Shown here piece after piece: positions 26,033-38,900 of a stretch of DNA of 64,000 nucleotides; the stretch's first letter is position 1; the number at the start of each line of letters is the position of its first letter. The notes below the pieces were generated by a model. The model made no database searches. It was not told the origin of the DNA and was given only the letters and a program-made list of their open reading frames with translations. This DNA comes from Anthoceros angustus (taxonomy: Eukaryota; Plantae; Anthocerotophyta), in contig MU008154.1 of the NCBI GenBank assembly GCA_010909165.1, forward strand, positions 124,001 through 188,000. Direction: 5' to 3'. A program made the position numbers and the translations under genes.

Positions 26033-27698
26033 GGCGCATCGGTGTCCAGGAACCCAAACCCCAAGCCCCGCCATCATCACATGCCACCCCGCTCCATACA
26101 TGCATGCCATCAATGCCTCTGCCGCTCCACGGCAGGGGCAGTTAAGGCCACGGTAAAACCGAGGCCCGGCCGTTAATCCTTGCGCCGGCCCAGTGCCCAG
26201 TGTGCAGTCGACGTCGGGCGTCGGGCGCCGGGCGTCGGAAGTCGGCCATTCGCAGGGGCCGCGGCCGGGCCGGCGCGGCCGCCGTGGCCAAGCGCCATTG
26301 CAATTGCGGCTGCCCGCCTCCCGGCAGCCCCACCGGCCCTACGGACGTCAGTTACGGTAAAACCGGAATCACCTCCCCGCCCATTACTTTCACCCCGCTG
26401 GCCTCGGGTGTCGGGAGGTTGTTTAGGCCGGGGCGCTTAATTAGCCCGGCCTGGGCTGCGGCAGCGCGGGCTGTCTGGCCCCCCACGACACCGGAGCCCC
26501 TTCCCTCCAGGCTCCGACCCGATTCGGGCTGCTCGGGCCCCAGCCCTAATAAATGCCACCTGCCCGGCCCGCATCGGGCCGTGATGGCGACCGCCGAGCC
26601 GCTCGGCTCCCACCTCCCCTCGCCCAATCTCATTACCCCGAATGGGGTCCTATTATATTTACTTCCACTAAAGTGGAACTTCCCAGTCACACGAGTCGTA
26701 GCAGGCGGAGATCATGGCAAGCCCGGGCGCGGCCCGCTTCGGGCGCCAAGTAAGTGTCAGAAACTGCAGAAACTGGTGTGGCGTTTGCGTGTGCAGGGAC
26801 ACGCTCCGCCAAATTTAGCCGGAGGCCGGGGGGCGCTAAACCCCCGGGTGGCGTGCCCTGCGGCCCAGGGTTAAATTTAAGGGGCTGCCGCACGCCTCGG
26901 CCTCGGCAAAGGGGAAGGCGTCTGACACAAGGCAAGGCGAGGCAGGCAGGCGGCCAGCCCGGCCCGGCCCGGCCCGGCCCCCTCTTTTTTTTTTTCCCAC
27001 TTTATTAATGCGTTGCATTGGGCCATTTTTGAAATGCGTTTGACCTCTTGACCGGCTGGCGGGGGCTGTTATGGCCTGTCAGGCGCTGTCCCCTCACCGG
27101 CCGTGCAGAAGCCCTGGAACCCAGCAGCCCAGCAGCCCAGCAGCCCAGCTGCGGGTCGCATGTGACTTCGCGCCTGCATTCAAGACACATGTGACCTACT
27201 CCCTGCTCGGCCATGCTTACCAGATGCTCTTCGCTGCTGTTTTGTCTGCATTTTCCCGCTTCCCTATTATTAACGCATTAACTCCTGCCGGGATCGAGAG
27301 ATCGGGAGGTCGGGAGGTCGGGAGGTCGGGGCCAAAACTCCTCACTCCTGCCGGAGTCGGAACTTGAAGCCAAGAAGCAAACCTTCGCCAGACCCACACC
27401 CAGTGACACGTTCCACATACATACATATCGGATGTGAATTTCTATCTTTGGACATACATGATTGGAACGATTTTGTGACTCTTCATATATTCATTTATGA
27501 CACAAATCATTGTCTACTTTCCACCTTTTTGTTTTATATCTAAAATATTATAACCCGTTTTTTTTCTTCACATCATTAAGGGATGCATTTTTATATCCTT
27601 GCAAACTTGTGCCCTTCCTTCTTGCAAGTGGGTGCAATTTCTTCTTGCATGTTGTTATGTGACTTGTGAATCCGCTGCTCAAGAGGAGAGTTCCAAGA

Positions 27699-28465
27699 AT
27701 GTGCTCCATCGAACTTCTCCATGGTTCTTGGTAAGTGGTTTTGGTACAAAATTCTAAACCTTTGCTTTTAAAACTAAAATGCCTCTTGTTAGCAATGGAG
27801 TGGAATGGAAATTGGAACAACAAAAGAGAAAATGGAGAAAAATCAAGGCAGCCCGCTTGGAGCGACGAAGAATACACCAGTTCCAGCATATATTTGAGAC
27901 ATCTGCTAGGGAAAGGTCTGTAGATCTTAATAACTGGCTTCTCTATTGTTTGAGGAAGCTAAAGAATGAGGTTTATATGCTTGATCAAGAGAATAAGGAA
28001 CTCAATTACAAGGAGTGGTGTTATATCCGTGACCTTGAACGAGGAATTTTGAAGGTGCTACGGGCACAACATGGAAAAGAGGTGAGATATAGAAATGAGC
28101 AACTCATTACTTATGGGAATCACTTGTTGGTGGAAGATCAAGAATTCATGCGCAAGCAATTGGTATGGGAGGAGGAGAACCCTAGATGGAGACAAACTAT
28201 AACTGGGAAACAAAAGCGGTTCCTCAACTACCTAGCCTCGCAAGTTCTTGATCAACCTGTAGCTTGTGAAAAGCCTGATAAAGTGATTCCCATAAGGGTG
28301 GATTGTTGGCGAGCACCTGAAGGTTGGTCCGTCTACAATCGGAATAGACCTAAACCTCCTGCTAAATTAGGTTTCATGTCAAGAGGTGTTATCGAAAAGT
28401 TTAAACATGAAAAAGGTATTCCAAGATTCAAAATCGCACCACGACCATCTGATGATTTATTGTGA
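27699..28465 (+). CDS. Orphan protein (~234 aa), probably two exons: 27699-27730 and 27793-28465
   Basis: 687-nt open frame in AT-rich DNA. An upstream ATG at 27699 joins it in frame through a 62-nt GTAAGT...CTAA...TTGTTAG intron (27731-27792). The product is basic and Trp-rich with no recognisable domain. Confidence 0.5.
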
Positions 28466-28992
28466 GCAAGTAAGCTTACAATTGGTCATATTTGTAGGAG
28501 ATAAAAACAAATCATTTATTTTTCAAATTTATCTATTTTAATTAATATAAATAAAATAAAAGGTTACCATCAATTAGCAACATGAACATCATCACATTGA
28601 ATTGAATGAGAGATTGAATTTTGCAACAAGAAGATGAACATAGCATGGTTAATGATTCATTGTGATTCTTGATGACGTATTGTGCGTAATTGGTCAATTT
28701 TTAATATTGTACAACACATCATGAATTATTTCTTTTACTCAAACCTCTTACTTACCTAGTATGGTATAGGTACATAATTTAAATGATATTTATCACTTAG
28801 GTAGTAAACTTTATATACATACATGTATTTAACTATGATACCTAAATTAATTTTGCTTTTATCTTGGACATATAAAGCATTTAGATATTTATTGTGTCAT
28901 CTCCTCTATGTACTAATAAATATCAAGCATTAAATTAAGTAATAGAAAGTTCAAGAATGATTCTTAGAAGAAGAAGAAAAAACATTATGGTT

Positions 28993-29074
28993 TCTTTCCA
29001 GCACCAATTCAAACCAGCGTGGGCGAACCCAACAGATTTCGAGTATGTCACTTTAACCACTCGGCCATGTTGAC
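28993..29074 (-). pseudogene. tRNA-Ser(CGA) pseudogene
   Basis: Reverse complement GTCAACATGGCCGAGTGGTTAAAGTGACATACTCGAAATCTGTTGGGTTCGCCCACGCTGGTTTGAAT matches the plant Ser-CGA D-arm, anticodon and long variable arm. The T-arm and 3' acceptor strand are disrupted. Confidence 0.75.
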
Positions 29075-32000
29075 TCACATGTTTTCGCTAATAATATAGA
29101 ATATACATGATAATATGATATATTATTTATTACCATAAATAGAAATTCATGATGAAGTTCAATAAATCCAATTACTTATTGGGAAAGAAAGAGATTATCT
29201 TGACCCAAGCACATAGCTTCATGAGTAACTACTCATCAAAAAGAGTGACTTTGTGCAGATGTATTGTAGATACAAGTTGAGAGAGAGAACCACACTTTCT
29301 TCATGTTGAGGTCGTCATGCAGAAATATAAGGTGGTCATGACTTCCTTTCTTCTTCTTCATGAGAAGTTGGGCCATCTAGATTTTTATTCAACTAATGCC
29401 TGGATTATTAGATTCATTAGAAATTTTTGTATATGCTTGGCACCTAATGCTCACGTGCCATTATGACATTTTAGCTGCAATGGCTTGTACGTACATAACC
29501 TCAATTAAACATTGGATTTCGAGTCAAGAGTAGTCAATCTATAGTCGTAGCACTGAGCGGTTGTAATGGTCACCCACTGACGAGTGATTGTGGGTACCGA
29601 TTAGCACTCACATATCCTTCACACGGGAAAGGAGGAATGGAGGCTGTCAGATTGTTGGAGGTTGTAATCACTCCTTTACCAGACGCAATAGACAAAGAGT
29701 GCACGACTTCATGGAGGTTGTAAGGCTAGGGAGCATCAATGCCTTGTCAAAAGGACGGTAGGCAGATATGTATGTGAGCGAATGTCCTCTGTCCCATAAT
29801 GTATCGTTCGAAAGCGCTTAAAGTATCTTGTGGGGTCACATACGGAAACAAACAGCTCATATGGTAAGGACCCATAGGACCATTATGCGCTGTGCCTAGT
29901 TAAAAACAAACGCCGTAGGACCACTATGCGCTGCCATGTCAAAAAACAAAAGGGCGTTAGGACAAGCAACAATTGGCAGTAGGTAGGTGTGAGATGTGTC
30001 GAACATGCCAGCGAGACTGCGAGAAAATCATGTAGGACGATTCGATCGCATCGATGGCAAAGTGGGCTGCACTGCACTTGCCTTGCACGAATGGTAGGAT
30101 TCGTATGTGGTCATGAAGATGGAATGCGAGATGCGGGTTGGTTCGTGTGGTGTATGTGCGCCAACCCATCACTCGCACCAGTATACTCTTTACTGCTCCG
30201 TAATGCCTATAATCCGTCTCTGGCAGCCCATAGTAAGCGGACAGTACAATCATGCCCAGCGAGCGGTCATATATAGAGCATACATTCCATGCAAGGAATC
30301 AATGAATGGAGGGAGGAAGGGAGGGAGGACAAACATGGGTCCTTCTTAGTTGTCTATGACGTCCTTTACTTTACATGGTAGGATGTTAGTGTCAAAGAAG
30401 TTAGAAGTTGTAATGGCCATGGCTTCTTGAAAGAAAACAAAAGTAGAGCATGTACAAAAGAGAAAGAGGAGATGCACCTCACCAACTCACATGCACAAAC
30501 ATAAAAGAAAAGAGAGTACAATAAATGAGAGGAAGGTAGCATTGAGCATGGAGCAGGGCAGCATGATCAGGTTGCACCATAATCACCCTCTCATTCAAGG
30601 TGAATTAAATACTAAGCACAGGTGGAGTTAGATTCTACTTATTACTACTAAGCTGGCGGGTCAACCAGACTTGGACAGGCTGATGGCGCATGATTCCCCG
30701 TTAGATAACGTATGTGAGAAATGAATGACGAAAGCAGGCAGTAGCAGGCCGGGCCTGCCGCCGGGAAGAAAGAAACACGTCTCGAGACGCCTGGGCGGTG
30801 ATGCGTATCGGCGCGGCGCGCCGTGACAGCACCTGGCGACCGGGTGTAGGCGGTTGGCGGGCGGGCCCCGCGCGTGGATGCGGCCGCCTCCCGATTTGGA
30901 AAGGCGGGCGAAGCATGGCATACAAGCGTTCACTGAGCTGATGATTAGGAGATGCTAATTCCGGGAGAGGGGCAAATCGCGGCGGATTTGGGCGGCCATT
31001 TTGGGCAAGGCAAGGCGCCTGGGGAGAGGCGCTCGGGAAGCGAGCCGAGGTGGAGGGGAGGCGGGGCGTGGCTGGCACGCCATGGGCATGGCATGTGGCA
31101 TGTGGCATGCGGCATGTGCGCAGCCTAGAGAGGATGTCGCCATGCGGCCACGTGCGTCCGGGCAGCGGTAGCGGCAAGCGGCAGCGGCGGGGCGGCTGCC
31201 GCAGCAGGCCTTGACCCTCGTCGCTCACCGCTGGTCTGACCTGACCCCTGACCGATGAGGCGGCCTGCGGTCACCGGGGCCGGCCGGTTAGGGCTGTCGG
31301 CCGGGTCAGCCCTGGTCGGGACCCGGGCTGCCCTGCCCTGCCCTGCCCTGCCCTGCCCTGCGCTGCCCTGCCCGGGTTTCCTAAGCTAACCCGGGTTGGC
31401 GCCATGATGAGCGGCATGTAATTACGGCTGGAATTTGTCATGCGCTGCAGCAGGCCCGCTCATAATTGGAGCCGCTGAATTATTCCTCCCCACCGCATCA
31501 TGACTCGCATTCGCCCCCAGCCCTTTCAATACGGTGGGTCCGGGTACCCGGCGCCAGGTGCCCGGCCGGGTAGCGGGTAGCGGGTAGCTGTAGCCGGCAG
31601 AATATGCCGGCCGTGATGCCGCTTCCGGCGGTGGGGTGCCGGCGCCGGTGACGGGCGGCGGGCGGGGCCCACTGGCCGCCCGCCCGCCGCCCCATTGGCG
31701 CGGAGGCGACGGGGTCCGTGCGGACGGAACGGGAGGCGGGGCGGAGGCCCGTTGCAGTTGCAGTCCGCGCGGCCGGGGTTGGGGGCAATCATGGCGAGAC
31801 AGGTTGGGACGGATTTTTGGCCGATTCGGGCACTCGCTTGCTTACCTGACGTTATCCAACATGTTAACGGGGACCGGGAGCGGGAGCGGGAAGCGGGAAG
31901 GGGAAGGGGAAGGGGAAGCGAGCGGGAGCGGTTGGTTATCAAGAGGATCCCTAACTGCTGATCTTCGGTTGCGCAAGAAGCCACAAGAAACAACTAAAAT

Positions 32001-32695
32001 TTGTGCAAGGTTATAGCAATCCCTAATCACTTTATCTTCCTCCCTCGCCTACGCTATGTAAGCCTGGATTTGTCGGCAGCCCGGGCGCGGCATTCATTGC
32101 CCGCCTTGTCTTAGCGTTGCTGGGTTAAAGAACGCATAAACAAAAAGGCGGGAGGCGGGAGCCGGGCAGCCTGATCCGGGCCGGACAGCGGCAGCGCTTA
32201 GAAAAATCTCTTAATGGCAGAGGGCAGAGGGCAGAGGGCAGAGGGCAGGCAGGCTCCCAAGGGGCAGGGGCCCCGGCCCAGGGGGCCAGGGGGTGAGGGT
32301 GGGGCGCTCCCCGTGGGTGACGAGTCGTCGTCCCCCGGCCCTTTTCAGGCCGGACACACACCCACGCTCACACGCGGGGGCACGGATTAAAGACTAATGC
32401 GTCCAAGAGAGCAAGCAAAGCGGCAGGCACCGCCTGGGGCATGGCAGATTCTTGGCAGCCTGTTTCAGGCCGGACAGATTAATGAAGCGGGCCGGGCTGC
32501 ACCTGCGGGTGGGTACCCCGCTAGGGGGTGCGATGGGGTGAGCCGGGCCACCAGGCCTCCCTTGGCGCGGGAGCCCGCCGCGCTAATAACATGCCCGCAA
32601 CTTTAATGCAATGCGCATGCCCACCGCGCGTGGCCCTGACGTTGCTCTTGCTCTTGCTCTTGCTAGCCCGGGTTAAATTCCTGCTTACTTACTTA

Positions 32696-32757
32696 GTTAC
32701 GTTACGTTACGTTACATTACGTTACGCTACGTTACGTTACGTTACGTTACGTTACGT
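32696..32757. repeat. (GTTAC)n microsatellite
   Basis: About 12 GTTAC units, ~1.1 kb upstream of the ERF start codon. Confidence 0.95.
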
Positions 32758-33846
32758 ATGTAGCAGTTTTGACGGGGTGAAAACCCTTCTTTCCTTCGTC
32801 CCTGCGCGGCATCTGTTGTGGCCGGGCCCGGCCCGGCCCAACCCGGTTAGCGTACGCACCGACGGACTCGCCACCGACGCGTGGTGCGGCTACCGGCAGT
32901 CGTGCGTCGCCGCGTGTGACCGCGGGCCACGATGCTCGGGAGCGGGGCGGAAGGAAAGGAAGTTGGAAAGAGGGGCAACGCGGGCGGGTATTTCTTTCAC
33001 CGGCTGACACACCACGAGTGCGGTCTCGCTTGCTTGTTACCGGAGGCGGAGCGCAGCGTGCTTGTTGTTGTTGTTTTCTCTCTCTATCTTCCTCTCTTTC
33101 CGGCCCGGCGCCTTCTTTCCATCGGCCCGGGCCCCGGCCCAACCCCGACCGGCGGCCCCTGTCTTGAGAGAGAGGCTGTTGCTGTTGCTGTGCGCTCGCC
33201 GCAGCTGCTGCCGCCTGCCTGCCGCTGCCTGCTCTGCCACACCTGCTCTTGCTTCCCTTCTTCCCTTCTTCTTTGCTCCCTTTTGCTGCGCTCCTTCCTC
33301 CCTTTTCCTTCATCCTTCCCTTTCCTTCTCTCGCCCGCCGCGCGGCTGCTGTCACTGCTGCCCTGTGCGCGCTCTTCTTATGCCGCGCCATCCTCCGAGC
33401 TCCGTCCCCCAATTTCCGCATCCTCCGCCTTCCACATTTCTCCCCCGCTCGCTGCATCCGATTGCGCTGCTCTCGCAATTTATGTGACCACTCCCGCTGC
33501 CTCTGCCTCTGCCTCTGCCTCTCGCGACGCCAGCCAGCTCTCCTTCCCGCCCATCGCTGCCTCATCGCGTTTCCCTTGCCAGCCCTTCCTCCCTCCTGCT
33601 GTTCCTGCCGGCGCCTCCGGCTTCCGGAGCCGAGCGGTGGTTCGCTTGTTTCTTGGAGGCGGCGGGCGCTGCTTCGTTGTTTCCCTGTGAAACCTGTTCT
33701 TCATCTGTGCTGTTGCGGTGAGTGAAGTGAGTGAGCGAGGGTGAGGTTGTGAGCGGAGAGGGACTTCGAGTGTGTGAGTGAGTGAGTGAGTGAGGGAGTG
33801 AGTGATCGCTGTGGAGGAAGCGCACAGAGCCGCTCTCGTGTGTGGC

Positions 33847-35223
33847 ATGGCCCAGAGAGAGGAGCACCAGCAGGGGGCGGGAGCCAAGGCGGCCGGTGGG
33901 GAGCAAGGGACACATTTCCGGGGGGTGAGGAAGAGACCCTGGGGGAGATTTGCGGCGGAGATTAGGGACCCGTGGAAGAAGACGAGAGTGTGGCTGGGGA
34001 CGTTTGATACGGCGGAGGAGGCGGCCAGGGCCTACGACAACGCGGCGCGCTCGCTGCGGGGGGCCAAGGCCAAGACCAATTTCTCCGCGCCCTGCGATGA
34101 CCAGAGCACTAGCCAGAGCAGCACGGTGGAATCGTGGAGCAGCCCCAAGAACCTGTTACGCTCGGCGGGGGGCGGGGCCGCGGCCGGGGCTGCGGGCCTT
34201 GGGGTCGGGAACGCGGCGGGAGCGGCAGGAGCCGGGACCGCGGGTGGAGCAGCAGCAGGAGGAGGGCCGGGGCCGACCGATTCTTGGCGCTCCCAAATTG
34301 ATCTCAACATCAGCGTCAACGACTTCAGCTCCGCGGACGAGCCGCACAAGAGCGGGAGCGTGAATCGGTCCTCGTACCGCAGCCCGCTGGATGTCATCAG
34401 CGGCGCAATGTCCAAGCAGCGCGCCGGGAACTCCATCCTGGAGGAGGTGACGGCGCACGTGCACCTGGACAAGAGACCCAAAACAGCCAAGAAGGGGATG
34501 GCGGCGGCGCTGCCGTCCGGCCTGCCTGGGGACCGGAAGGAGGTGGTGGGACGGCCCTGGATGCCTACCGGGAAGGTGTTCACGCATCCCAACATGGAGC
34601 AGCTCAGGGCGTGCCACTCCGATTGTGATTCCTCTTCCTCTGTCATTGTGGATGCCGAGGTGGGATCTCCGCAGGACGTGAAGCCGCCGCTCAGCCGCTC
34701 CATGCCCTTCCTGGACCTCAATCTGCCGCCGTCCTGCAATGAGGAATCCAACAGCGTGGACGAGCCTGGGACGGGCTCGGGGTCTGGGTCTGGGTCTGGG
34801 TCCGGCTCTGCTTCCGGATTTGAGGACAACGGATCCGGGCTGTACAACGGATCCAGTCTGCACAATGGCGGCTCCACGCTCTACAACACCTCGTCTCTGC
34901 GCAGCGCCGGATCGGGGCTTCATGTGGGATCCGTGCTTCAAGTGGCCACCAGAGACCACCATCCCTTGGCGGCGTCCTACGACTTCAAGCAGGGCATGCT
35001 GCCGGTGTCGAGCCACGGCCACCTGGTGCCCTTCTCCAAGGCCAACTTGGTGTATGAGTACAAGCAGGCTCCGGGTGCTGCTGGAGGGGTTGCGGGTGGC
35101 GTGGGAGTTGTTGCTCCCGTGGCTGCTGCTGCTGCTGACAGTGCGGAGTTCGAGTACAAGCCTACTCCTCTGCTGTATGGTTGGGTCAATGGGCCTACCC
35201 TGCCGCTGTGCAGCCGAGCTTGA
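33847..35223 (+). CDS. AP2/ERF transcription factor, class VIII (ERF3/ERF7-like) EAR-motif repressor, single exon, ~458 aa
   Basis: AP2 domain [57 protein letters not shown], followed by [15 protein letters not shown], the [11 protein letters not shown] motif and EAR motif FLDLNLPP. First ATG is at 33847. Confidence 0.92.
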   Translation: MAQREEHQQGAGAKAAGGEQGTHFRGVRKRPWGRFAAEIRDPWKKTRVWLGTFDTAEEAARAYDNAARSLRGAKAKTNFSAPCDDQSTSQSSTVESWSSPKNLLRSAGGGAAAGAAGLGVGNAAGAAGAGTAGGAAAGGGPGPTDSWRSQIDLNISVNDFSSADEPHKSGSVNRSSYRSPLDVISGAMSKQRAGNSILEEVTAHVHLDKRPKTAKKGMAAALPSGLPGDRKEVVGRPWMPTGKVFTHPNMEQLRACHSDCDSSSSVIVDAEVGSPQDVKPPLSRSMPFLDLNLPPSCNEESNSVDEPGTGSGSGSGSGSGSASGFEDNGSGLYNGSSLHNGGSTLYNTSSLRSAGSGLHVGSVLQVATRDHHPLAASYDFKQGMLPVSSHGHLVPFSKANLVYEYKQAPGAAGGVAGGVGVVAPVAAAAADSAEFEYKPTPLLYGWVNGPTLPLCSRA

Positions 35224-35337
35224 TGATCACTCTCTTCGTTCCGGTTGAGAGCTTGGACGATGATGCTTTTATGCAAAGCAAGCAAAGCGCAGAGCTGGTT
35301 CCATTCTTTTGTGAGTTAGCATTCAGCGAGGAACATG

Positions 35338-35582
35338 ATGAAGAAGAAGGAGAGCAGCAGGAGGAGGAAGGAGAAGAAGATGCTCATGATGAAGATCAAG
35401 CAGACAAGAGGAAGAAGAAGTGAAGGGAGAGAAGGAGAAGGAGACGGAGAACGTGACGGAGAAGGAGACGGAGAAGGAGAAGGAGAAGGAGAGGGAGAAG
35501 AAGAAGGAGAAGGAGAAGGAGAAGAGAAGGAGAAGGAGAAGGAGAAGGAGAAGAAGAAGAAGAAGAGATGTCGAGGAAGATG
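35338..35582 (+). repeat. Purine-rich (GGAGAA/GAA)n tract downstream of the ERF stop
   Basis: Near-pure G/A repeat units over ~240 bp. Confidence 0.9.
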
Positions 35583-38039
35583 AGAGTCTTAGAAGAGATC
35601 TGGCAGTTGATGCCTGAGCCACCCGCCTAAATTTTTTTTGCCCCTTCTTTCATGTTAAGATTGGTACATTTTTACCAAACGCACGATTTGTTAATATGAC
35701 ATTGGCTGCTGCTCTGCTCAGAAGCGCTCCGCTCTGAGCAGCTGCAATCGCCCCCAACATTTTGATGTAACCCTGAGGGCCCTGTGCCCTGTGCCCTGCC
35801 CCCTTTCCTCTTTGTGACTTTGTAGCAGCCTGCAGCGTACAGCCAGCCAGCCAGTTTTGAGTTGAGTTGAGTTCATCACCCATGCTGTTAAGTTTTGTAG
35901 ACTAAGAGGGGTCGTCTCAGGCCTGCCCTTGCCACCTCTTCCAAGCCTGTCGCTTGTAGAGAAGGCAGCATAGTGTGTGTGACGAGATCACTTTGTATAT
36001 GTGGCTATTTCATATGTACTCGGCTATTATATTTTCTGACTGAGAACTCACAGCTCCTCTCTCTCTCTGTCTGTCCGTGTCCTTGTCCCAAGTGTGTGTG
36101 TGGCAGTGTGGGTGTGTTTTTACGTGGCGGGGGAGAATCGTTCGTGAGAGTTTGTTTCACACTGTATGTGTGAACGCCCGTGTCGAAGAGAGCGGGCGCG
36201 GGTGTTGGGAAACGGGGTGGTCTGGCCAGGCCAGGCCAGGCCAGGCCAGGAGCTGGGCAGCAAAGGGAGGCTTTGGGGCCCGCGGTAGGAGTAATGGCAG
36301 CCGGGTTTTCATGGCAAGCATTTGTCCGCTTGTTACCGTGCTTTCGGGTCTAGCTCGGCCTGGCGCCATCTTTCTGCTCGGATGTCTGTGCTTGCTAGAC
36401 ACGAAATTAAGTGCTGCGGGCATATGCCTCCCTCGGAGAGGCACAGGTGACAAAGTTAACCCCACCTCTTTCACCGCTATCGACACGCGTTGTGAGGTCA
36501 GGGATTAAACCCAGGGACCCCAGGGACCCCTGGGCTGCGTCTTTTCACCCCAGATAAGGTTACCTTACCTTACCTTACCTTACCTTACCTTCCCAGCGCC
36601 CAGAAGCGGCCGCGGCCGCGGTCGCGGCCCGGCGCCGACTGCCCTCTATCCCTATCAGGGATCATTGTGGAAGAGGGCGCCCACAATGGTAGAGCCCCCG
36701 GGGGCCATGGTGGGCGCCCTGCCCTGCCCTGCCCTTGCCCTCGGGTCACCGAGCTTGCGTCTTTTCCTTATTTGCCTCGCCCCATCCCCGATACGATACG
36801 CATCAAGCACCCGCTATTCCTATTCCCGGGAACAAGTTACGCCCAGTTATTGCCCTCGGACAAGGCTTCCAGATCCTGGCCCGCCTCGCCAACAGCATCC
36901 CCCAGCGCACACCGCCCAGCTGTTTTCTCTGGTGTCCAGTTACGGTCACCGGTTCAGCGGCCACCTTGCCCTGCTCACACTCAACCATTTCCTTTAATCC
37001 CTCGCCCACCCCCTATAATAGACGCGTCTTCCGTCGTCACGCCGGAGGATGGAGGATTTTCGCCTCCCAAGGCAGACTCCTGTCTGCTGAGGACTGGGCT
37101 GCATTCCCGTGTTCCTGTGTGCCGGGCCCCGCCCGGCCGCACCGCACTGCGCCACTGCGCCACTGCACCGCACCTTGCATTCTGCAGACGCTCCAAACAC
37201 GCGCATACACTGCTTGCATTGCCTGCTGCAAAGGAAGGAGGCTTGCCCAGCGGGCCACATGGGCCATTTGCGCTTTTGTAGGAGGCCGGACCTGCTACTC
37301 TAATTTGGGAGGTGCCAGTATCACCGAAAACCCAGCTGCATGGATCAACCCATACGTTGGACCTTCTTCTGCCTTGCATAATGTTGTCAGTGCGTGCACC
37401 TTTCTGCCTCGTCATGAAGCTGTTTCTACATACGTGGAAGACGGCATCCCATGTTGAATTCAAAGGTGATTGGGTTCTCCACTATGGGCATATACTCTGC
37501 TTTAGGCAACTCTGCGGGCTTACCACATCCGCATACGTGTCAAGGAATACACGAACCCATTCATCAATCCAAACAATGGGAGTCCAACATGACCTAGTGT
37601 AACTTGGCAACAAGAGTCAGCACCCTCATGCATACAGCGAGGCGACTCATGTCGGTGCCGAAAGCAGGCTTGTCAAGGCTTGCGCTTCAGACACGTTTCC
37701 TACTGCTCAAGTTTCCAAAACTGCTAGGCTGCTGGACTTCTAGTAACCGGCTTCTAGTAACAGGCCCGCCTGAAAACCAGCAGTAGGATCCGGTGTCCCC
37801 TTCGGTGCGGCTACTGGAGTTACTTTCGGAGCAGGTAGTCCTAACTCCACTTCTCCCCGCCAAGGGATCGTCAGAACAGGGTATTCGGTATTCGGTATTC
37901 GGAGCGAAGTTCACCTCCTACATACATTTTCATACACATCAGAACTATTGAACGGAACTTGACAACCCAGCTCCGTTACGTTTGCAAGCAAGATGGACAA
38001 GCAACACGCTCGTACCTGCTCTGCTCGTCAATAAGCAAC

Positions 38040-38900
38040 ATCACAGGTGCAGTCTCGCTATGCATCAGAGGCTGCCACTTTGCAGGCAAGCAAGCTGCGG
38101 ATAGCATACCTGGATGGTTGCAGGCCCTGCATCCAGAGCAAGAGGGGACAAACGTGTCTGGTGTCCTCGTCCGATGTAAGATCCCGAGCAGCTTGCGTTG
38201 GATGAGGGGCTACCAGTATGCCGGGAAGCACGTTGCGGACAGCACCATGTGTACCGGAATAGTGGTAGCCTCGCACCTGAAGCAAGTGATAGAAATCTAA
38301 CAGTCGAGCCTGGTCTCCTCTCCAGATAAAAGATCCCCGAGCAGCTTGCTTTGGATGAGGTGCTACCAGTGTGCCGGGAAGCAGCTGCGGACAGAACCAT
38401 GTCTACCGGAATAGTGGTAGCATCGCATATAAAGCAAGTGATAGAAATGTAATAGTCCAGCGTAGTCTCGTCTCCAAAATGTGGCACCTCAGGAGTGGTT
38501 TCGCTTTGGATGAGGGGATACCTCTGTGCAGGAAAGCAAGATGGGGATAGCACCATGCTTAGCTGAATACAGGCAGCCTCGCATTGAAAGCAAGGGGGAA
38601 CACCCGTGCATGACACAGTCTCAGGTGACGTAAAATCCCACGAGCAGTTTGGCTTTGGATGAGGGGCTACCCTACTAATGTGTTCAAGAATATCACCATG
38701 GCCACCTCAATAGTGGCAGTCGCACATCCAGAGCACCCAGTGTCTGAACTCCTATTCAAGGGTCAAGGGGCTACCAGTAAGCAGGCAAGCAGATTCCGGA
38801 TAGCAACATGCACACCTGAATACAGGCAGCTGCGCATTGAAGGCAAGATGACAAAATCAGACACTCGTGGCTGGTATCCTCTCCAACATGTAAGACCTCG
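38040..38900. repeat. Diverged tandem repeat, ~150-bp unit, 5-6 copies
   Basis: The core GCAGCTTGC[GT]TTGGATGAGGGGCTACC...AGCACCATG...AATAGTGGTAGC recurs at ~38047, 38188, 38342, 38495, 38643 and 38760. Confidence 0.75.

Noticed and set aside
19883-26935. Numerous 100-230-aa ORFs with AQ, GP, PL, GA and GR repeats
   Set aside because: They are translations of hexamer microsatellites in stop-poor GC-rich DNA, open in several frames at once.
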